The notes under the pieces: model-generated | The model's database searches: none | What the model saw: only the letters and a program-made list of their open reading frames with translations | Told to the model about the DNA's origin: nothing | Assembly (NCBI GenBank): GCA_965285935.1 | Contig: OZ260661.1 | Span: 113,088,001-113,152,000, forward strand | Length of the DNA: 64,000 bases | Direction of reading: 5' to 3' | DNA from: Ophelia neglecta | Taxonomy: Eukaryota | In this document: piece by piece, positions 1-14,800 of the stretch | Layout: every line of letters starts with the position of its first letter | How positions within the stretch are numbered: the stretch's first letter is position 1 | Position numbers and translations under genes: made by a program

Positions 1-2808
1 AAAATTCTTGCAATAGTTACCAGCTAGGCCCCTAAACCAATAGCAAATATATACTTCCCATGATATTAAGATTTCTAGAACCTGGTATGAAATATTGTAT
101 TTAGACATTTAAAGATATCATTAAAGGTGAAGACAAGCAGATATAAGATTATAAGGCTATATACAGTACTTTTATAAAATTTAATCTTACTAAACTTAAA
201 TATCGTCTATCTTTGACTATATTAATGATGACCCCCTTTTTTCTGCCGGCCCTATTCCGTAAGTCCATCCCTGAGGCAACTATTTGAAGAACTCGCAGAT
301 TGGCAGGCCACATAATGCACTCCTTGGTCTTTGTTTTTATTCTGCCGTTTACTTTGTCACCAGCCGGTGTGTAAGTGGTGTAGGAGAAACCGCTGGTTTT
401 GTTTTTCTGTGGGTTAGGTGCGGCTGGCTGCCGTAATGGACGTATGGGTTTGTCTTGTGGATTATGCTGATCCGTTCTCCAATATTGCTACAGCTGTATG
501 CATCGCCCTATACAAAACTCCCGACCAAAATAGTCTGCCGGGATGTATACCAGCAGGCTAAGAACATTGAACGTTTGACTTTCCTTATAATGCTGAGAAA
601 GTGCACCTTCCCCATCAAATTTCTGACTTTGTGCTTGTATTGCTTTGCACCTAGCCCTATTATACCTTTTAACAACTTGTTAAAGTTGCCCCCAATAATT
701 CTGCATTTTATTAGAATTATGCTATGAATTTTCTAGCCATTTAATGCTTATCAACATCTATTTTAGGGTGAATTGGGCAACATAATTATTCCCTTAGTAT
801 TGAATTATTAGCTAAAATGATGTGTAGTGAATCAAATCATCTTATAGATGATGGCAATTACCAGTATTTTATCCTTAGCTATTGTCTTGTGCTGCCCTAT
901 TTGTCACTTCACCCTATCAAAGCTGGTAAATAATGTCCTTTTCTGGTGATGAACACATAAAGAACACTGTTATCTCAGGATGGTTCATCTTTGGGATTCC
1001 TAGGATCATTAAATTGATTGCTGCATGTTAATGAAAGCCTCCAACTAGATACAAATATTGAGTTACTGAGGGTGAGTTTTTGTTAGTTTCTACCTCATCT
1101 TGTGGTATAGTTGATTAAGAGGCTGGTATAGGGATCAATCTGAATAGAAACTAAAAAGTCGGAAAGTAAAGTGAGGAAATTGGCCTACTCGTGCATTATT
1201 GTGAAAATAAATGCTGGAGAAAAATAGGCCTTCAAAACTATGTATAATGTGAGTACTATTTACATAATTAGCTCATATTTGAAAAGGTGACTAAGAAACT
1301 TTTGAAAGCAAAGATTGATAAACAGACAAAAACTTACCGGCTTCCTTGTGTCAGAGAAACCCCTTATTTATTGTGTGGGTCTTTTACAGCTTAATTAACC
1401 CATGCATTCAGTATTAACAATTGTTACATACTCCCGGGAAGTCAATTAATTTAGCAGGAAATGAATTGAATGAGACAAATGTTTAAACAATTAAGGCAAA
1501 ATGTAATCACAAAAATGAATAGGCAAGTAAGCTGTGATTTATTAGAAGGACCAAATTTTATCAAAAGTTTACCCATAATTCATTGTACGTCTTTTCATGA
1601 GAATCATGGCTGTACATTTGGTTTGAAATGTGTTTGTTAATGTATGACCATGGTGAATCAGTCTCCTAATTGCTTCAGGTAGGCTGTCTTCATTAGGCAA
1701 GCCATACAACTATGTTGTTATTAGAGAGAGGCTTGTGGGCTGTAATCCCTGCAAATGGTGATTGGGTGCCAGTAGTCAGGGGCAATCTGGTTAATATACT
1801 CGGCGGTTCTCCTCCAGCCCCTGCAGTCAGCGAGTTTAATGTCCCCAGCCTCAATATACAGCAATGATGGTTCAGTAAGAACAGCATTTGATTATTTTTG
1901 TGATCAGCTCTGTAATAAAATGTAAAATAATTTCTTTTGTGGATTTTCCTGTACTTGGAAGTAAAGACACTTCCCCACAGTCCCAATATATGTATGAAAA
2001 ATGGTTATTTAAAAAAAATTAGATTAACCCAAACAACACATCAAATTTTCATAAAAGCACTGTAAAATTGTTTAATGAATAAACTTAAAATGTCAGCTCA
2101 AATGAATGTAATAACGTATGGTAAGAGTGCGAGTGATGATGAAACTAGAAACTTGTCTTTTGTAAATTTAATTCTAACACTTCCTACTTGTGAGCATTAA
2201 GTGGTGATCAGAACAGGACAGACTTGGTGAATGGTTTACATTGGAGCTAAAACACCCAGTTATTGGTGGTGCAAACCCTACGCTAAACCCATTACAATAA
2301 GTATCTTAGCTCAACAGACTTAGCCGGCCAACATAGGCCTGTTTAATAAAATCAGAATGAAAATAAAATTGTCAACGACTGCTCCGTGTGCTTGGAGCAC
2401 CTTAAATGTATTACACAGATTAGATTACAGCTTGCATTTGTTGGTGAATTTGATTTTGGATCGAATTATTGAATGCACAGCTATTAAATCAAAACCATCA
2501 CCTCGGTCTGTGTAGTACCAAGACTGAAACCATTACGGACGGAACACCTAACCATTTCATAGCAGATTTGATTTCAACAGAAAGTATGCTCTTCTGCAAT
2601 TTAGGCCATTTCCTCGATCACTACAAATTATTAGATTTTCAGCGAAAGTGGTCAGTTGTGATGCCATTGAGTTTTTGATGAATTGAATGAAATACTTATT
2701 TATCTTCTTGTTAGTATATACTGTCATTTTACTTATGCTTTTACTGACTATCCACTAGATAACTCTTAGTCAATAGAGAAACTGATGTCTTATTCTATTT
2801 TGTTTCAG

Positions 2809-2882
2809 GGAGAAAGAAGATGACCTTGAACGGAGATTTGACCTTTTAAATCGGGAGTTGAGACAGATGATGGCTATTGAAG
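2809..2882 (+). CDS. EHBP1: EH domain-binding protein 1 orthologue, third-to-last coding exon (bMERB/DUF3585 domain)
   Basis: tttcag| acceptor and G|gtgagt donor; 74 nt encoding EKEDDLERRFDLLNRELRQMMAIE, closely matching my recollection of the vertebrate EHBP1 C-terminus (EKEHDLERRYELLNRELRAMLAIE). Upstream exons lie outside the window. Confidence 0.95.
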
Positions 2883-5800
2883 GTGAGTGAAGGCAATGAT
2901 AGAAATGATCCCCTCAATAAATTAAAAGGGTATGAAATTCCCAACTGGTTCTGGATAATGAGACCAGAAGCTTTGGGATTAAGGCAGATTCTTTTTAGAT
3001 TAAATCAGCACTGTATTTCAACTGAAAATACCTCAGAGGAACAATATATTTTTAAACATCGCCTCAGCCCAATGGAAGAAGTGGATCATTTGTGTATTGT
3101 TAATGTTTGCGGGAGTTCCTTTCTGGCTGTGAAGCTTAGCCCACCTGTGCTAACGACGTGTAAGGGCGGAGGTGGGAACCTAACCAACAGGTGTACATGT
3201 AAACAAGCTGGTCTGATAGTGACCCAAACTCCTATTTACCTGGGTAAACTGCAAAACAAAGACAACATTCCAAGATAGAAATGTGTGAATAACTGGTGTG
3301 GTCAGTGCTGTGGACAAATGGTCCGGTGCTATTGAACGTGGCTGTCAATGCAGTCGGTGTCCTTTCCAATGTCAATACCAGCTCAATACAGCACTGGATT
3401 ACTCCATGGCTGATATCATAGCATTACGGGTTGAGGCTTTTAAGCCAAGCGCCAAAATTGGTCAAAACAAGCTGCACTATCTACATCATGAGAAAACAAC
3501 ACTAGTAATAAGTGTTAAGAAAATGCTAAAGTTTAACCAAAGTTATTATATGTTCATTGTGAACAATGAATTGAAAATATTTTAATGGCACATAACGTAC
3601 ATAATGAAGAAAACAAAAGTTTATAATTTATTTACATTCTTTAAATTAAAACCATAAATAAATGATGTAATGCAATTTCTACACTGTTTTTTGATTGGAT
3701 ATTAATGCTTCTGAGAACCTTTCCCCAGCTTCCCAGGCCTTCTCTATTACCTGGGAAAATATTTATTTAAAACACCTCTGTATAAAAGGGATCTTACCAA
3801 ACTCTTTGTTTCAACTTATGGCACTCCCTTGTTGTTTGTTTATTTTTCTTTATTTACCAATTAGATGATAGTGGATGTGTAAACAAGACTAACTGCTAAA
3901 TACTCTTTTAGGGTTAGTTTGGGACATCAAAGTTTGTTCTGCCTTTAACAGAGAGGACTTTGCGAAATATTTCCCATCAGTATGTAAATACATGGCCAAC
4001 TTCCATCTTGTTGTTTAATGACAATAAAATTAGAGACAGTGATATTTCAACTGGAAATATTTTTTTGAATGTACCAAAGCTAATCCCTTTCCGTTTTACT
4101 GGTTTATCAAATGTTATTAGTTTGATATTTAAGGATTTTGAATGAAGATATTACCAGACAGGTGTTCTAATAGAGGGAATAAAGATTAGGATGCTCCTGA
4201 AATGCTTCTCCCCATGAAATTTCAATATTTATTGCTCAGTAATCCCACACATCAAAGATCCTCCATTAAGTAATGGTTCAGAAAAGTGTGAATATCAGAT
4301 GTGAACTTGAATTCAGAATATTAGCAGTTGGTCATTTTTCTGCCGGCAGCCCCAGGATTCTAGGACAGGTGTCCTTGAGGCCTGCCAAGAATCACAATGA
4401 AATTCACCAAATATCTCCTGCCAGATTTCAAATGATAGGCCTCCGTAGGTTTCTATTATGAAAATATTGAAATTCCACAGTCTGTCGCTCTACACCGTAG
4501 CTTGCAATGTCCTACCGCGGGTCATACATGTACAGGTACTACTTCAGTATTGTACATATTGTCCGTGGTGGGTTTGTAAAATCCACTTCCATACCCTCTC
4601 GCCTGACTTGAGTTGTTTAATAAAGATCTGTTTTATTATCATAAAAGTTTGAGTATGGCCTGAGGGAGGCCCTGTCATGTCACTGGCAACAGATAGCATA
4701 GCAAGGAAAATGCTAACACCTAGCTGAAATAAAATACCATTATGCATCTGGTAATTCCCAGACATTTCTGGCTGGTCTGGGGACCGCAGCCTTAAGGTGA
4801 TGTGTATAGTTCTTCTCGGGTACAAATCATAACAAGTGGCCGTTATTATATCAACTACTCAGCCAGGTTTAACACCTTATATGTTGACTTTTCCAGAATT
4901 TATAGGATTATAATTTCAAGGCAGTGTGTAGTCATTATTAAAGGGGGGGGGGACACTGCTCTCTAGTACATATTCCTGTGGTACATAGTGATTTCATAAT
5001 AAACTGGAAAAATCATTAAAGTTTTATTCTTCCCTGTGATTGACTTTTTTAATCATGGTAGTTTCTGTCCCTCAATGTCTGGACTACTGTTTTGTCTTTT
5101 TTTCTATAATACTTTTGGTTTTATTGGCATAGGCATAGGTAAGAAACCCAAATACTATATAATTTATTCATGGACCCTTCAAATGTTGTCTCTAGGTATG
5201 TTGAAACACATCCTTCACCCATTATTATGTACTCTACTAGATTTAATGTTCCTCTACTGGTTTAGGGGGTAAAAGTGACTTGGGAATCATCTGTTAGTAT
5301 GTGTATAAGGGATACTTCTTACTAGCCATGTTGCCACAAAGGAGATGATCCAACTATTTGTATGAAAATGGGATGCAGCTAGGTGTTTTTAGACCCTCCT
5401 CTCTCTTCCAGCGTATGAACATAACCCTGCCATCAATCTTCTAAACTGCGATGGTGGTTTTTCCAATTTCAGAAGCCACCAGACTGCCATAATTTGTCTT
5501 TCCCGTTATGAATAATAGCAGATTAGGTGTCTGTGGGAGATTTTCCACATGAACAAGTTCATTTCTGTCAAAATCAATGTGGCGTGCAGCTACACATGTT
5601 GGAGTATTGCTTAGTTTCGGGCCCCAGTAATTCATCAGGCTAGGAGCTATGATCGAGCTGACAGCTCTTCGTAATGTGAACACTGAGAAAATGTCCTAAT
5701 GGCCTGGTTATGCAATGGGTTTTGTGAAATATGCCATGTTGATACAGCATCTTAGAAAATGTGAATTTTACCCAAGACCACATTGGCACCAAGTGGTATG

Positions 5801-8800
5801 AATATTTCAATAGGTGAACATTTTGTCGAGACACCTGTGCCTGGGGGTTTCTTATTTACCAAGGAACACTGCCACATCCTGTTGCCTTGTGGTGGGCGAA
5901 AACAGGCAAAAGTGAAAAGTAAAACTCTGGCTGAACTAATCTCCACATTACAGAGATGGCCAAAGTGTCAAGCTTTCACACAACAAAACTTGTGATCAAG
6001 TTGCAGGAGAAAATGGTAGGGAAAAATTGCTGTCAGCTTGGGATTAGAGATGCGACAATATTGATTTTGGGTAGCTTCCTCAAGCATCATAAGCAGCTGT
6101 CCAATTGTCTGCGGGTAGCATATTTTTCTTCCAGATTATTTTCTGAAAAAAACATGAATGCTAGCTTTATGTTTACCTGTAGAATCTATATACATGTATA
6201 CTTCCTGGATGCCACTAGTTAGGGTGCTGGAAGATCAATTGATATCCTAACAAATTGGAACTTAGAAATAGAAGAAATGTTTCCCCAAAGGAAAATTCCC
6301 TCATTTCCTCATGCTGAAATTATGGCTGCTGTATTGACAGGAAAATAAAACAAGATTTTTTATAAAACATTTAGGTTTGGTTTTTCTGCAATGGTGATCT
6401 GGCTATTCCACTTCAGAATGTCTCTTTTGATAATTACTTTCCACTCAAAGTAAGTGGAACTTCACATAATTTGGAAGGTACCCGAGCCAAGACTTGCCTT
6501 AATTAATTACTTTTTTTCTGCAACTTTTCCCAATTTGTTTATGTATTGGCAATGTCATATCATGTTTCTTGCCCTACCCTCTATAAATGTCTGTTGAATC
6601 AACATCCAGTAATAGCAACGCCTACTATCTAAATAATATGATAAATGAATTATTGATTAACATTCAAGTTTGAGAGGTGTCATTTAAGGATCCTGACAAG
6701 AGAGGATCCACAAATGTGTGACCACCACCCATGGAGATGGCAAGGAATTCATGCAGTCAGTTCTATTCTCCTTTTCCACTGATTGAATCTGTGTGTGTTA
6801 TGGCCCTTTAGATGAGTATATTGTGATTTATTTCAGTTGAAAATGGGCTGAAGCAGTGATGAAGTCTTCATTGCTGATAATATAACATATATTCCATCAA
6901 ATATACTTTTTATAGACAAATATGTGTGTACATGTACATATATATGCAGAAGTCATAAAAAAGCAATGTACAAACAATGTAAGGGAGAAACCATGTGAAG
7001 GAGGGTGTTCGGGAAGGCAAAAAATTGAACCGCAGACAAGTTATTAGCTGTCTGACTGACTGGCAACCAGTGCTTCCTGTAATTTAGGCCCTCCCCACCC
7101 CCGGGGCTCTGTGACATATAGAACCACACAAACTCAGGAGGTGAGCAGTAGCCAGAGGACTTAATGATGATATACTTTCTTATTGGAAAAAAGCGTACAT
7201 TATGGAATGTTACTTGATATGAGATTGAAAATATGTAAAGACTAGCTCAGTTGTATATGTAAACACATTTGGTAATGGTGAGAGATAATTTTAGAAGAAG
7301 GGAAGCCATGAGATAATAATTTGTTACCTGTAGGCTTGCTTGAGTGTTTTCTTTATTAATGTTGTTCATTTGTAGGCTGGGGCTGGAGACCAGAGCCCCC
7401 CATCTCAGGGGATACAATTAGAGGGATTAGGTTGATGTTCGACATGATCCCCTCCTTAAAACCTCTGCCTCTCTGACCCACAAATTAATTACTACACAGT
7501 AATGTACTCCGGTCAGAATGTGTTGCGGCAAAATTGGCCTCTCTGTTCGTGTCGTCCAGTAAAGGCCAAAGACGCAGCAAGCTTGTAATGGGCTTATGTC
7601 TGTAATATAGCACACTCGTGGTTCACAGTGCTCGGGTCTGCTAAACCCAGTTAGGGCTTTATTTTTAAATGTGAATTGTGTGCATTGTTTGATAAAAAGT
7701 ATTGTAGGATATAATATGTAGTTTTAATGGTTATGTCACCATCAACAGGAAATATACTAATCTTTGAAGAAAAGTTTTTTTTTTTTTGTGATAATCTTTA
7801 TTTAATCCTTTCAATTTGAACAGTAATGGTAATACTGAATTATTTGGGCAGTTCACTGACATTGCTTTGACTGAAGATAGTTCAGAATTGTCTATGTATT
7901 ATTAATGGTGAACAAGCTTTATTCTATCTTAAATTTCAGCTGGTTAAAATAAATATTTGATCATCTAATGGTGTGATCTGTTCTGAAGTTAATTGCTGAT
8001 CAGTTGTGTGAAGCTGAATAGGCAGGATTAGCAAGGATATGCCATGGCTGAGGGGCTGTCCTGGCCTGCATTTGATACATATAAGTATCCTGAGATGGGC
8101 TTTTGCCGGATATCAAGTCTGATTTGCTTGGTGCCTATAGACTAAAGCCAGATTCTAATCCTTGTTGAGTGCCTGCATTCAGCGCATGGCCTCAAATAGA
8201 CGTTTGACTGATATAGCCTTACATATTATGGACAATCCCGACCCTTTCACTTTATTAAAACACATTTAGCACAGGATGCTTCAATATAAAATTTGCTAAT
8301 TTTGATTCCTTGTTTGCTTCAAGAGTTTAACATTTGCACTGTAATTGGTCAAGGTAATATGGACAGGAGTACAAGAAACCCTATAGCTGTGGTCAAACGC
8401 TGTGAATGGCTAGGTATTGCTGTGAAATGGCTTGGCTGCAGTAGAACAAATTTGTGTTGTAGTCTTGCACAAAAGTGTCACTCATGGAGTGGTTGGTTTA
8501 TTTACTGACAGGGCAAGTGGACAGACAAAGCATGGCAAATAAATCAAGAAAAGAATATGGTGCTCTGATGACGCAAGGGGCTGATTTTCCTACTGTAGAA
8601 TCAACAGAGTTAATGGTGTAGAGAGCTTTCAGCTCATGGTGAAAACCACCACCAACACTTGAGGGAAATCCTCTGGCTGCACCTGAGATCTTACCAGGGA
8701 AAGTCTGGCTCAAGAGTCAGCCTCAAATGTGTTCAGCAAACCTAGGCAGACCACTTGATTCCTGTACAAACTGCTATTCACAATGTTCGCGGGATCCAAT

Positions 8801-11764
8801 TGCTGGCAGCCGGACCGATTTTTCATGTCCAACCCTCAACCATTTGGTCATGACTTTGAAATTGTGTGAACAATTTTTCTGCAATTTGTCGCTCCAAGAT
8901 GACATCAAGAGATTTCTAGGCCTTTTGTTATGACAGGCTGAGTGGCAATCGCTTCAATTTTTTCCACTTTTTGGCAGTTACAGGGGATCACATTTTACTA
9001 TTTCCACTCCTAAAAGTCATTCAGCAGGCAGCAATTACCTGAAGCATCCTTAAACTTGTAGAATGTGAAATTGTATCCTATAAAAGAAATGTCGGGACTG
9101 GAACAAAAAAATTGTCTTTGTTAGACTGAATATTTTGCAGATCATTCAGTGCTGAATATTCCAGATTTGTTTTTCCTGGTAATTTTTGTTTTCCAAAAAT
9201 GATATATCATTTATATATATAAAATGTACTTGAAATATAGAAACATATTTTCATTATCTTTATTATACCTAAAGTACTTCTGACTCATTAAATTGATTAA
9301 TAGAAGTAAGTTTTGGAAAAAAATTATTGAAGGGAATAGGCAGTAACATCCTTTTCTTTGATTGTGAAGATTAAACAAAAGAAAAAATCCAATTACTAAT
9401 GTGAAATTTCAAAGTCTGCCTAGTTCTTGAGATGGATTTTTTTACATAAGATAAATGTTAGAGACTTGATTTTCTGTGTCTGATGGTTTCATAACTTCCT
9501 TTTTAAACCTTATCACTGATTTCCATGCCGCTCTGAGCGCTGACAAATTCATTTTGCCTGGTTAATGTTGACTTTAATTATCACAACTGGCTAAGTAGAC
9601 ACATTACTCTATCTCTAGGCTGTGACGAGTTCATTGTCTCAGCCCCGGAAACCAAATTATCCTGATTTATGTTCATGGAACAGCCACAATCAGATTGGAG
9701 ATTAGGGGTTTTCTCCACATTGCAATGGCCAATGTTCCCATAAAGCATTTCAGCCACTGACAACGTGATTAACATAAGAGATATTGGAGGAGGGAGGGGC
9801 AGCTCTGTACATGTATAAATGAAGTGGCAGTTTGTCCCCTAATCTTAGGATGGCTCAGGAACAAGTGGTGGTGCTGTGCCTCAACATTTACTGGTGGAGT
9901 TTTTCTATGTCTTGTATATAAACTTTGCTGTAATCATGTTTGTTTTATTTTGTAGCTTGCACAAGCAGTGTAGTCCATTTATATGGCCAAAACTATTATT
10001 AACACAATTAAGTCACATGTATTAATTATCAATTATAAGTATAAATTTATAGTCACAATAAATGCTTCTACATAGAAACTAATTAATACTTGCATGTCAT
10101 GGTGGAGGCACTCGCATTCCTTCTTCTTTGCATTTATTTTTCTTTAAATTCTGAATAATAGGAATATGTTATTTATATGCAGACTTTTTTTCTTATATGT
10201 ACTCAAGAAAAATAAATATAGAAAACTTTCAGAAGTTTAAGTATGGCAGACACAATGGATTAAATATATACCGGTTGACACAATATACTGAAAATTGTCA
10301 TTGTTATATCTTAATACGCCCTGACAATGAATATATTAAATGATTGCTCAGACTATAAACAGCTCCTGGGACTAATCACATTAGCTGGAGTAATGTTATG
10401 GCTCCTTTCAGTTCTCCCGCCTGCCGGAGGTCTTGTACTGCTATCAGTGTTATTTTGGACCATGATACATAGGCTTGGGACAATGATGATCTCTTGTCCT
10501 TCTATATATTATTAAAAACCATGACAATATGAACAATTTTTCCTTTCAGTGACAATGTACATATACTTAGAATCATCTTTCTGCTCTCCGGCAATAGACG
10601 TTCAGTCTAGTATTTTTATGGGTTTTTATAATTGCAAATGTTTTATGTTTGTCAAAGATTTTCCTTAAATACTTTTGTAGCCTTTGGAATGATTTAGTAT
10701 ATAAAATGGTTGTTTACATCATTTGGACTTGCTATTTTCTTCATGTTCCTGTTTATCAATGGAGAGCAGTCTTTACCCCCTGGCTTGTTTGGTTAAATGA
10801 TATTGAATATAATGATTAGATTTGATCAGATTGAAAAAGTCAAAACTAATTCACATCTAATATATAATTAGACTTATTTTTCAAAATGAATTTTGAATAA
10901 TTTATTGAATTCATTTTACTTTTCTCTACTCTCCCTTCTTTTATTTATGGAAGTAATTAGAAGAAGAAAAGAGGAGTTCATTTCTCATAATTAATTAATC
11001 AGTATATGTACCTATCAATGTGAAGACCTACTAACTTGCCAAAACATATCATTGGCTCTCTCTTACAAGAAGTTAGGAGATATGGATTGGGATATCTTCT
11101 GCTGACACTATCATTTGATTTGGCTGTACATGTAACGGGAAAACAGTTTTGTTGGAAATCAGAGCATATCTTGTTGCCATAACAACCTCAGACAAAGAAC
11201 TGGAGTATTTCAGGCATAATGGTACTTTTTTACCTGAGGAATAAAGCTTTTGAAATGGTTAGTTTAAAATGGTTAGAGATCGTTTAAGGAGTGATTTATT
11301 GTGATTCTGATGGCTTTTTCCAGATTTGACCTTGACCTATTTTTTCTAGGTTTTCCTTACCACTGTGTTAAATAATCTGGTTTTGATTATTATTCAGTTG
11401 GTCTTCATTTCTTTACAGACATAATTGCCTTACATATAAAACACTCGATACTAGGCAATGTTTCACCATTGTTTTAACAAACACTGGCAGGTGGGGTAGG
11501 TTTGAATTATGGGAAGGGGGGGGGGGGAAGTGGAGGTACAGGGCAAGCTTTTTCCTGGACCAAATGTAACGTATGTTTAAGATGTTACAATTTAAAATGT
11601 ATTAAGGGGGTATAGGAAATATTACAATTCAAGTCTGATGATATCAGATTTGACCTTGAGCCATAGCCATCTCTTAGGCAGTGGCATTTCTTAATGCACT
11701 GTTCAAATCTCTTTAATAGTAACACAGTGCCATGGCTGATTATGTCCTGTTTCTTTCTCCTCAG

Positions 11765-11879
11765 ATTGGCAGAAAACCGAGTCTCATAAGCAAAGGGAGA
11801 AGTTATTACTTGATGAACTAGTGAAGATGGTTAACAAACGTGATGAGATTGTTCAGGAGCTTGACTCTCAAGAAAGAGG
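11765..11879 (+). CDS. EHBP1: EHBP1 penultimate coding exon (bMERB domain)
   Basis: Polypyrimidine tract + cag| acceptor and GG|gtgagt donor; phase-compatible with the previous exon (G+AT=Asp); encodes [39 protein letters not shown], matching EHBP1 DWQKTEAQKRREQLLLDELV... Confidence 0.95.
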
Positions 11880-14800
11880 GTGAGTTGTTTAAATTTTGAG
11901 TGAACAGGAAGCAATTATAATGAAGAAATAGTGATGAAAATTAAAGCGGTAAGTGTTCACTTGTAGGCTGAAGGTTGTACTCATGTGTTTAAGAGGGGTA
12001 AATGTGGTAAGTACAAAAAAAAAAATCGTATTTTGAGTGACATCAGCCCTTGCATGTTAATTAAAAACTTCAGAATCCTCTCATTTAGGGTATTTATGAC
12101 AAAACTTTAATCTAGCAGTAGTTTGTCTGAGCATATGGCCAGAGGTCTGCTCACATAAACATGGCCATACTCTGAGGCATGTGCCAGTGCGTGTGTCTGG
12201 GAGTGTGAGCCTGTAAATCCCGTGGTCGGGTAATCCCTGCCTCCCTGACCCTCAGACCTGTTGAGCCCTCATCCCTCGGTAATACTCACCCGTACTAGGC
12301 TCTGACTTCAAACTTGTGCCCTTTGCATGTGAACAGGCAATCCTTCATGCTGTGTCAGAGGGGTCAGGGAAATATTGCTCATAAATGACTCATAATTAGC
12401 AGTTTGGATTAACTAATATTTAAATTTCATGTTCTCCAATCAACTTCTTTGAACTGGAAGGTGAAATGTATTTCTAATAAAAACAGCCAAAAATGTCCTT
12501 TGCAGAAAAGAGAAATCAAATATTATCTTGATATAATGTATGAATGTGTTTGATATTCATATCGTAATTTAAATCTACATTAAGGAATCCAACACCTTCT
12601 CACAATGGAACTTTTCTAACATCAATTATCATTATGTTATTAGATGAAACAGGAAAATAAAATTATAGTAATTCACTAATGAATACCTGCAGCTACTTCT
12701 ATTTATGCTGAACTTTATTATGAACTCACAGTATGTTTAGTTTAAACTAAGCATACTGGTGGTAGCCTTTTGTTCCCTTATAAAAAGGCCATTTAACATT
12801 AGAACATTGCAATATAAAGAAAATGTGTGCTGGATACGAGAGTCTAATGTAAAGCTAGCTAAGTATCCAGTATAAACCTAAGTCTTACTAGAGCAGGTTG
12901 AGAACAATGGTCACCTAGGGAGGTTTTGAACCTCTAGATCTGGTGGAGTGCTAAAAGGACAGTGGGACACTCCGGTATCTGGTAGTGTGTCCCGGCTTTT
13001 AGCACCCTGAGCACTGAGCAGGGTGGGAGTTTAGTTGGCCCCAGGGGCAAGGATTAGGGAGGGGCCTCACTTTCATTAACCATGGAGCCATGACAGAGAA
13101 TCCCACCCCTTTCATGTCTCCAGCCTCTACTTTCTATACTTTAGTCCTTGTTCAAATGAAATAACTGTAGTCAAGGCTAGCAGGCTATTACCAAACTTTT
13201 TGCAAAGAATTTTCTTCTCCATTCAAATATTTACTGGTCAAATAAAGTCCTGCTGTCAGTATTGGCACAAGGGAAGTAATTCCTGTATCTAAGCTCATGT
13301 AGGTGAAAAAAGTTTTCAAAGCATCTGTAAGTAGATTATAGGTAAGAATGAGGTAATTGTGCAAAAAATCTTGTAAGTCATGCGTTTGAATGAATCATAA
13401 AGCTTACAATCTTAAATGTGATTTGGATAGGTGTGAAAAAAATTCACAAGTTTACCTTTAATAGTTGGTGGAGTTGATCCCGAGACCACAAGGCCTGCCG
13501 GGCATTGTATGGTGATTAGTCTTCATGTCTGCCTGCGTGTGCCTCCGAGTGTCGTGGCCAGGTGGTCGCGTGCAAGGGGCAACCCCTCCACCGCAATATA
13601 AGCCATCTGCAAATACAGCAGTTATTTAAAAACTGTTTAAAATTTATATAAACTATTTCCTTCGAGCAGAATCAGAGGGATTTAGTGGAATTCACACCCA
13701 GATTTTAATGCCCGATGCCTGTGGCAAAAACTTGCAGCCCACTTGAGCTCTTGCGATGGCAGCTTAGCCTAAGCTGCAGCCATATTGTTTTCAGGGAATA
13801 TTAACAAAAGAAGGGAATGGAACTGTGTGTGGAATTTCAGAACTTTGCCACCTGTGAGTTCCCTGTGAGGTTTTGTGACAATTTTTCCTTACTCTTCTTT
13901 CTCCAGTTTCTGTCTCTTGTCAGGTTTTTTTCATCCGAAATATGACTTTCTCAAACAAGCCACATTGGGAGGGCAAATATGGCTGTTTGGGAAATGCGAG
14001 TCAAGCAATTATTGGTTTTCCAACAAAAACAACCACAATGAATTGATTATTTCCTGCCAACAAGATGAGGTTTCCCTTTCTGCCTCCCATAAATACTTGA
14101 TGAGCACCTTTTGTGGATTAAAATGCTCAGCCACCACCACTGTGCTGGCTTAGATTTCATTCGGGGAAACAGCTTTGTGCTCTCCATCTCAGGGCCACGA
14201 GGGGAGGACACCTTGGTCAAAATTCTATTACATAAACCTCTGCTCTTAGCATGAAATTATAGCATTATTTGATGTATGACTAGCTATGAGAAAGGTTATT
14301 GGTAAGCATATTATTGCAGTGAATAATAAATAAATAAGATTTGTTTCAAGTGCTAATTTAGTTTGTTCAAAACGTTTGCAAGAACTCATTTGTGTGTGCT
14401 AAACTACTGCCCAATTACTGAATGGGTTTCTTTAAGCAGGGAAATAAACACAGCTAAAAAGTAATGACAGTCAACAGAAGTGAGCTATTTTCAAAGAAAA
14501 GAGCCATTCTTTGGTATATTTTTAGTTTTGTTGAAGGGGCTTACTGTATGGTCTTTGCTCTTGCTTTTGCCTTTAAAGTAAACCTAAACAACACACAATG
14601 TTGATGTGCTTAACTTACATTGGGGGACTGATTATATAAATCAAATGAGAAAGCTTGTCTGTGGAAAACAATTGAGTTTGGATTTTTAAAGATGAAAAAT
14701 CATATCACTTTGTTTACTGTCAAATATAGTCTTTTTTCTTTTGTTCAGAGCCAGACAGTCTAGCCATAAAATTGTTGATGGCTAAACAGTTAGTTAGCCT

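Noticed and set aside
121-672. Possible Kolobok-type MITE (TTAA-AGG...CCT-TTTAA)
   Set aside because: The terminal match is only a few bases; there is no convincing TIR.
2877-3278. 133-aa ORF in the track
   Set aside because: It begins at the EHBP1 exon/intron junction and runs through intron sequence; no recognisable domain.
13759-13777. Perfect 9-bp palindrome GCAGCTTAG-C-CTAAGCTGC
   Set aside because: About one such palindrome is expected by chance in 64 kb.
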